From NCBI GenBank assembly GCA_002269645.1, contig NIVC01000581.1, forward strand, positions 310,001-374,000: a stretch of 64,000 nt of DNA, written 5' to 3'. Positions 60,985-64,000 of the stretch are shown here, one piece after another (position 1 is the stretch's first letter; every line of letters starts with the position of its first letter). Made by a program: the position numbers and the translations under genes. The notes under the pieces are model-generated. The model was not told where the DNA came from. It saw nothing but the letters and a program-made list of their open reading frames with translations, and did no database searches. This DNA is from Macrostomum lignano (lineage: Eukaryota).

Positions 60985-62280
60985 TTTGACTCTCTCACCT
61001 TTGACTCTCACCTTTGACTCTCTCACCTTTGACTCTCACCTTTGACTCTCTCACCTTTGACTCTCCCTCTCACCTCTGACCCCCTCATCCTTAACCCTCT
61101 CACCTTTGACTGTCTCACCTTTGACTCCCTCAACTTTGACTCACTCACCATTGACTCTCTCACCTTTGACTGTCTCACCTTTGACTCTCTCACCATTGAC
61201 TCTCACCTTTGACTCTCTCACCATTGACTCTCACCTTTGACTCTCTCACCATTGACTCTCACCTTTGACTCTCTCACCTTTGACTCTCTCACCTTTGACT
61301 CTCTCACCTTTGACTGTCTCACCTTTGACTCTCTCACCTTTGACTCTCTCACATTTTACTCTCTCTCACCTCTGACCCACTCATCCTTAACCCTCTCACC
61401 TTTGACTCTCTCACCTTTGACTCCCTCCCCTCTGACCCTCTCATCATTGACTTTCACATTGGGCTCTCTCACCTTGGATTCTCTCACCTTGGACTCTCTC
61501 ATCTTGGACTCTCTCACCTTGGACTCTCTCACCTTGGACTCTCTCATCTTGGACTCTCTCATCTTGGACTCTCTCACCTTGGACTCTCTCACCTTTAACT
61601 CTCGCCTTGGACTCTCTCACCTTGGACTCTCACCTTGGACTCTCTCACCTTGGACTCTCTCACCTTGGACTCTTTCACCTTGGACTCTCTCACCTTGGGC
61701 TCTCTCACCTTGGACTCTCTCACCTTGGGCTCTCTCATCTTGGACTCTCTCACCTTTGACTCTCTCACCTTTGACTCTCTCACATTTGACTCTCTCACAT
61801 TTGACTCTCTCACATTTGACTCTCTCACATTTGACTCTCTCACATTTGACTCTCTCACCTCTGACCCTCTCATCATTGACTTTCACATTGGGCTCTCTCA
61901 CCTTGGACTCTCATCTTGGACTCTCTCACCTTGAACTCTCACCTTGGACTCTCTCACCTTGGACTCTCACCTTGGACTCTCTCACCTTGGACTCTCACCT
62001 TAGATTTTCTCATAGAATTTCTCGCATTAGACTCTCTCAGTCCTTGGACTCTCTCACCTTTAACTCTCACCTTGGACTCTCTCACCTTGGACTCTCTCAC
62101 CTTGGACTCTCTCACCTTGGACTCTCTCACCTTTAACTCTCGCCTTGGACTCTCTCACCTCGGACTCTCTCACCTTGGACTCTCTCACCTTGGACTCTCA
62201 CCTTAGATTTTCTCATAGAATTTCTCGCATTAGACTCTCTCAGTCCTTGGGTTCTCTCACCCCGGACTCTCTTGCCCTGG
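60985..62280. repeat. ~15-16-bp pyrimidine-rich minisatellite
   Basis: unit tt(t/g)gactctctcacc. Confidence 0.95.
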
Positions 62281-62852
62281 ACTCCTCCACATGAAACTCG
62301 CCTCCGGCTCAGGCTGGGCTCTCCTCAGAGACGGCTTGCCGATCGCGCAGAAAATTCGCTACGGCCGATCGCCTCCCAAATGCGGAGCCACCTGGCATTT
62401 GTCAGGCATTCTGCATTGCTCAGTCAGGCGCAAATCAATTTCGCCGAGGACAAAAGCGCTCGATTTCAGGCCTTCCGCCCACTGCTCAGTCCAATCTGTC
62501 AATCACAGCCTGTCTCGCACAGGCTTCTGCAAATCTCAAGAATCAGCCTCAGCCACCTGTAATTTCTGCATTGAAAACTGAATTCATGGCTTGCTCATTA
62601 ATTTGGGATCCCCATCCCATTGTTCCCGGCCACTCGGCCGTGGCTCCGGCACAATATGAAGGAACCGCACCGGCCGCCTCCACTGCCTCCCATGCCGACC
62701 GCCTGCAGCAAACATTCATTGACGGCCTGAGCTCTGCAATTCAGCATCGAATCCACCTGCGACTTCCGGCTCGACTCAAAGATGTGAGCTTGTTTTAGAA
62801 AGAGGGATGTTCATGGACCATCTGCTGTGTGCTGTGGTTTCTTGTCACATCT

Positions 62853-63148
62853 CCCTATCTGACACACTGGACCCTATCTGACACACTGGACCCTATCTGA
62901 CACACTGGACCCTATCTGACACACTGGACCCTATCTGACACACTGGACCCTATCTGAAACACTGGACCCTATCTGACACACTGGACCCTATCTGACACAC
63001 TGGACCCTATCTGACACACTGGACCCTATCTGACACACTGGACCCTATCTGAAACACTGGACCCTATCTGACACACTGGACCCTATCTGACACACTGGAC
63101 CCTATCTGACACACTGGACCCTATCTGACACACTGGATCCTATCTGAC
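62853..63148. repeat. 19-bp minisatellite, ~15 copies
   Basis: unit ctatctgacacactggacc. Confidence 0.95.
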
Positions 63149-63191
63149 ACAAGCAAGCCATCCGCCCAGTTCGAGTTTCCAGCCCGGCATA

Positions 63192-63797
63192 ATGACGGCA
63201 TTGTCGGGCTCAGCGGGCCAGGTGCTGCTGCTGCTGCTGCTGTCCGCCGCTGCCACGTCGGCCAACGCGCAACCCCCGCCGGCGCCGATGCCCGCCTCCA
63301 TGGCTGCGTCGGCCGCCGTGGGCCGGAAGGGCTCACCTCCGCTGACTTCAGCAGCCGCGGTGGTGGCGGCCGACCTGCAGGACGCTGCGCCCTGGGACGA
63401 GGATGACGCGCTCGCTGAACTTGGCGACGCGGTCGAAATCGACGACGATGAGGATGTCGGGGATCGCCTCAGACGTCGAGCAGCCAACGAGCCAACGAAA
63501 AGCGGCGAGAGCGGCGGTGGCGGCGGCGGCGACTGCCAGCTGCTGATGGCCGGGCGCGATGTGCGTCGCCGAATGTCCCGGTCGGAGCTGCGCCGGCTGC
63601 TGGGCCGGCTGGTGAAGGAGCACCACGCCTTCCACCTGCCCGGCAAGCGCGTTGGCGGACGGGGCCGCCCGCTGTGCCGCTACGGCAAGCGCGGCCAGTG
63701 GCGACCCTGCAGCCTGCACTACAAGCGGCTGCAGAGCCGGCGGCCCTACGCCTATCACTGGCCGATCATGAACATCCTGGGCGGCGCGCTCGGCTAG
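63192..63797 (+). CDS. Neuropeptide precursor-like protein (201 aa), partly NPY/NPF-like
   Basis: Signal peptide (QVLLLLLLSAAATSANA), acidic pro-region, RRR/RRR/KR/KR/KR/RR basic sites, two G-K-R amidation signals (HLP-GKR, GRPLCRY-GKR), terminal Gly; GC3-rich; AG acceptor just upstream of the ATG. Confidence 0.75.
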   Translation: MTALSGSAGQVLLLLLLSAAATSANAQPPPAPMPASMAASAAVGRKGSPPLTSAAAVVAADLQDAAPWDEDDALAELGDAVEIDDDEDVGDRLRRRAANEPTKSGESGGGGGGDCQLLMAGRDVRRRMSRSELRRLLGRLVKEHHAFHLPGKRVGGRGRPLCRYGKRGQWRPCSLHYKRLQSRRPYAYHWPIMNILGGALG

Positions 63798-64000
63798 CCG
63801 CGCTTTCCGCGGGCAAATCAGCTGTGGGATTGACCGGACCTTTTTACTGAGCAACTTAGTCTAGGCTTGACCATCCGTTCTCCCAGACTCCACCAAATAG
63901 GTTCGATTCCCCTCCTCCTAAACCTTTGACCCACCTCATAACTGGACCCATCTTCTCATGCATGTACATGTAGGTTGACCCGCTTCCCCTTAGCCTTGAA

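Noticed and set aside
62272-62798. Short plus-strand ORFs between minisatellites
   Set aside because: No recognisable motif or splice support.
40546-63148. Regular arrays as CRISPR or as coding repeats (ORFs such as 41528-42585, 46863-47659, 49280-50504, 56708-57391, 61237-62136)
   Set aside because: Head-to-tail units with no unique spacers and no cas genes, in a eukaryotic context. The ORFs are open in several frames only because the units lack stops, and most lie in introns.

Overview
Eukaryotic (animal) genomic DNA with GT-AG introns, GC3-rich exons and minisatellite-filled introns. The style suggests a free-living flatworm such as Macrostomum, but that is inference only. Left to right: (1) 1..16942 (-): one 18+ exon gene. 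All 17 introns I could read are GT-AG and join in frame, giving a signal-peptide protein of >4,000 aa. It is built from at least 8 tandem carboxylesterase/cholinesterase-fold domains, alternating between two types, and all 7 complete domains lack the catalytic Ser. It runs off the left edge. (2) ~18-26 kb: DNA-transposon debris (deleted Tc1, MITEs, a 381-bp-TIR foldback element). (3) 26712..29333 (+): an S6 kinase whose spliced last exon ends in a CaaX box (KCGLM*). (4) 29747..40167: an apparently intact 10.4-kb CACTA/EnSpm (CMC) transposon with TIRs, a 2-bp TSD, a 946-aa transposase and two accessory ORFs, one BEN-like with 11 x 16-aa repeats. (5) 43-46.6 kb: two orphan ORFs and a SINE. (6) 47998..60169 (-): a 17-exon RGS-C1-DH-PH RhoGEF with a degenerate DH catalytic motif and a different minisatellite in most introns. 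(7) 63192..63797 (+): a neuropeptide-precursor-like ORF. There is also a Penelope-type hammerhead-ribozyme-like motif in intron 1 of the giant gene. No rRNA, tRNA gene or CRISPR array was found. All coordinates were read by hand and no database searches were run.
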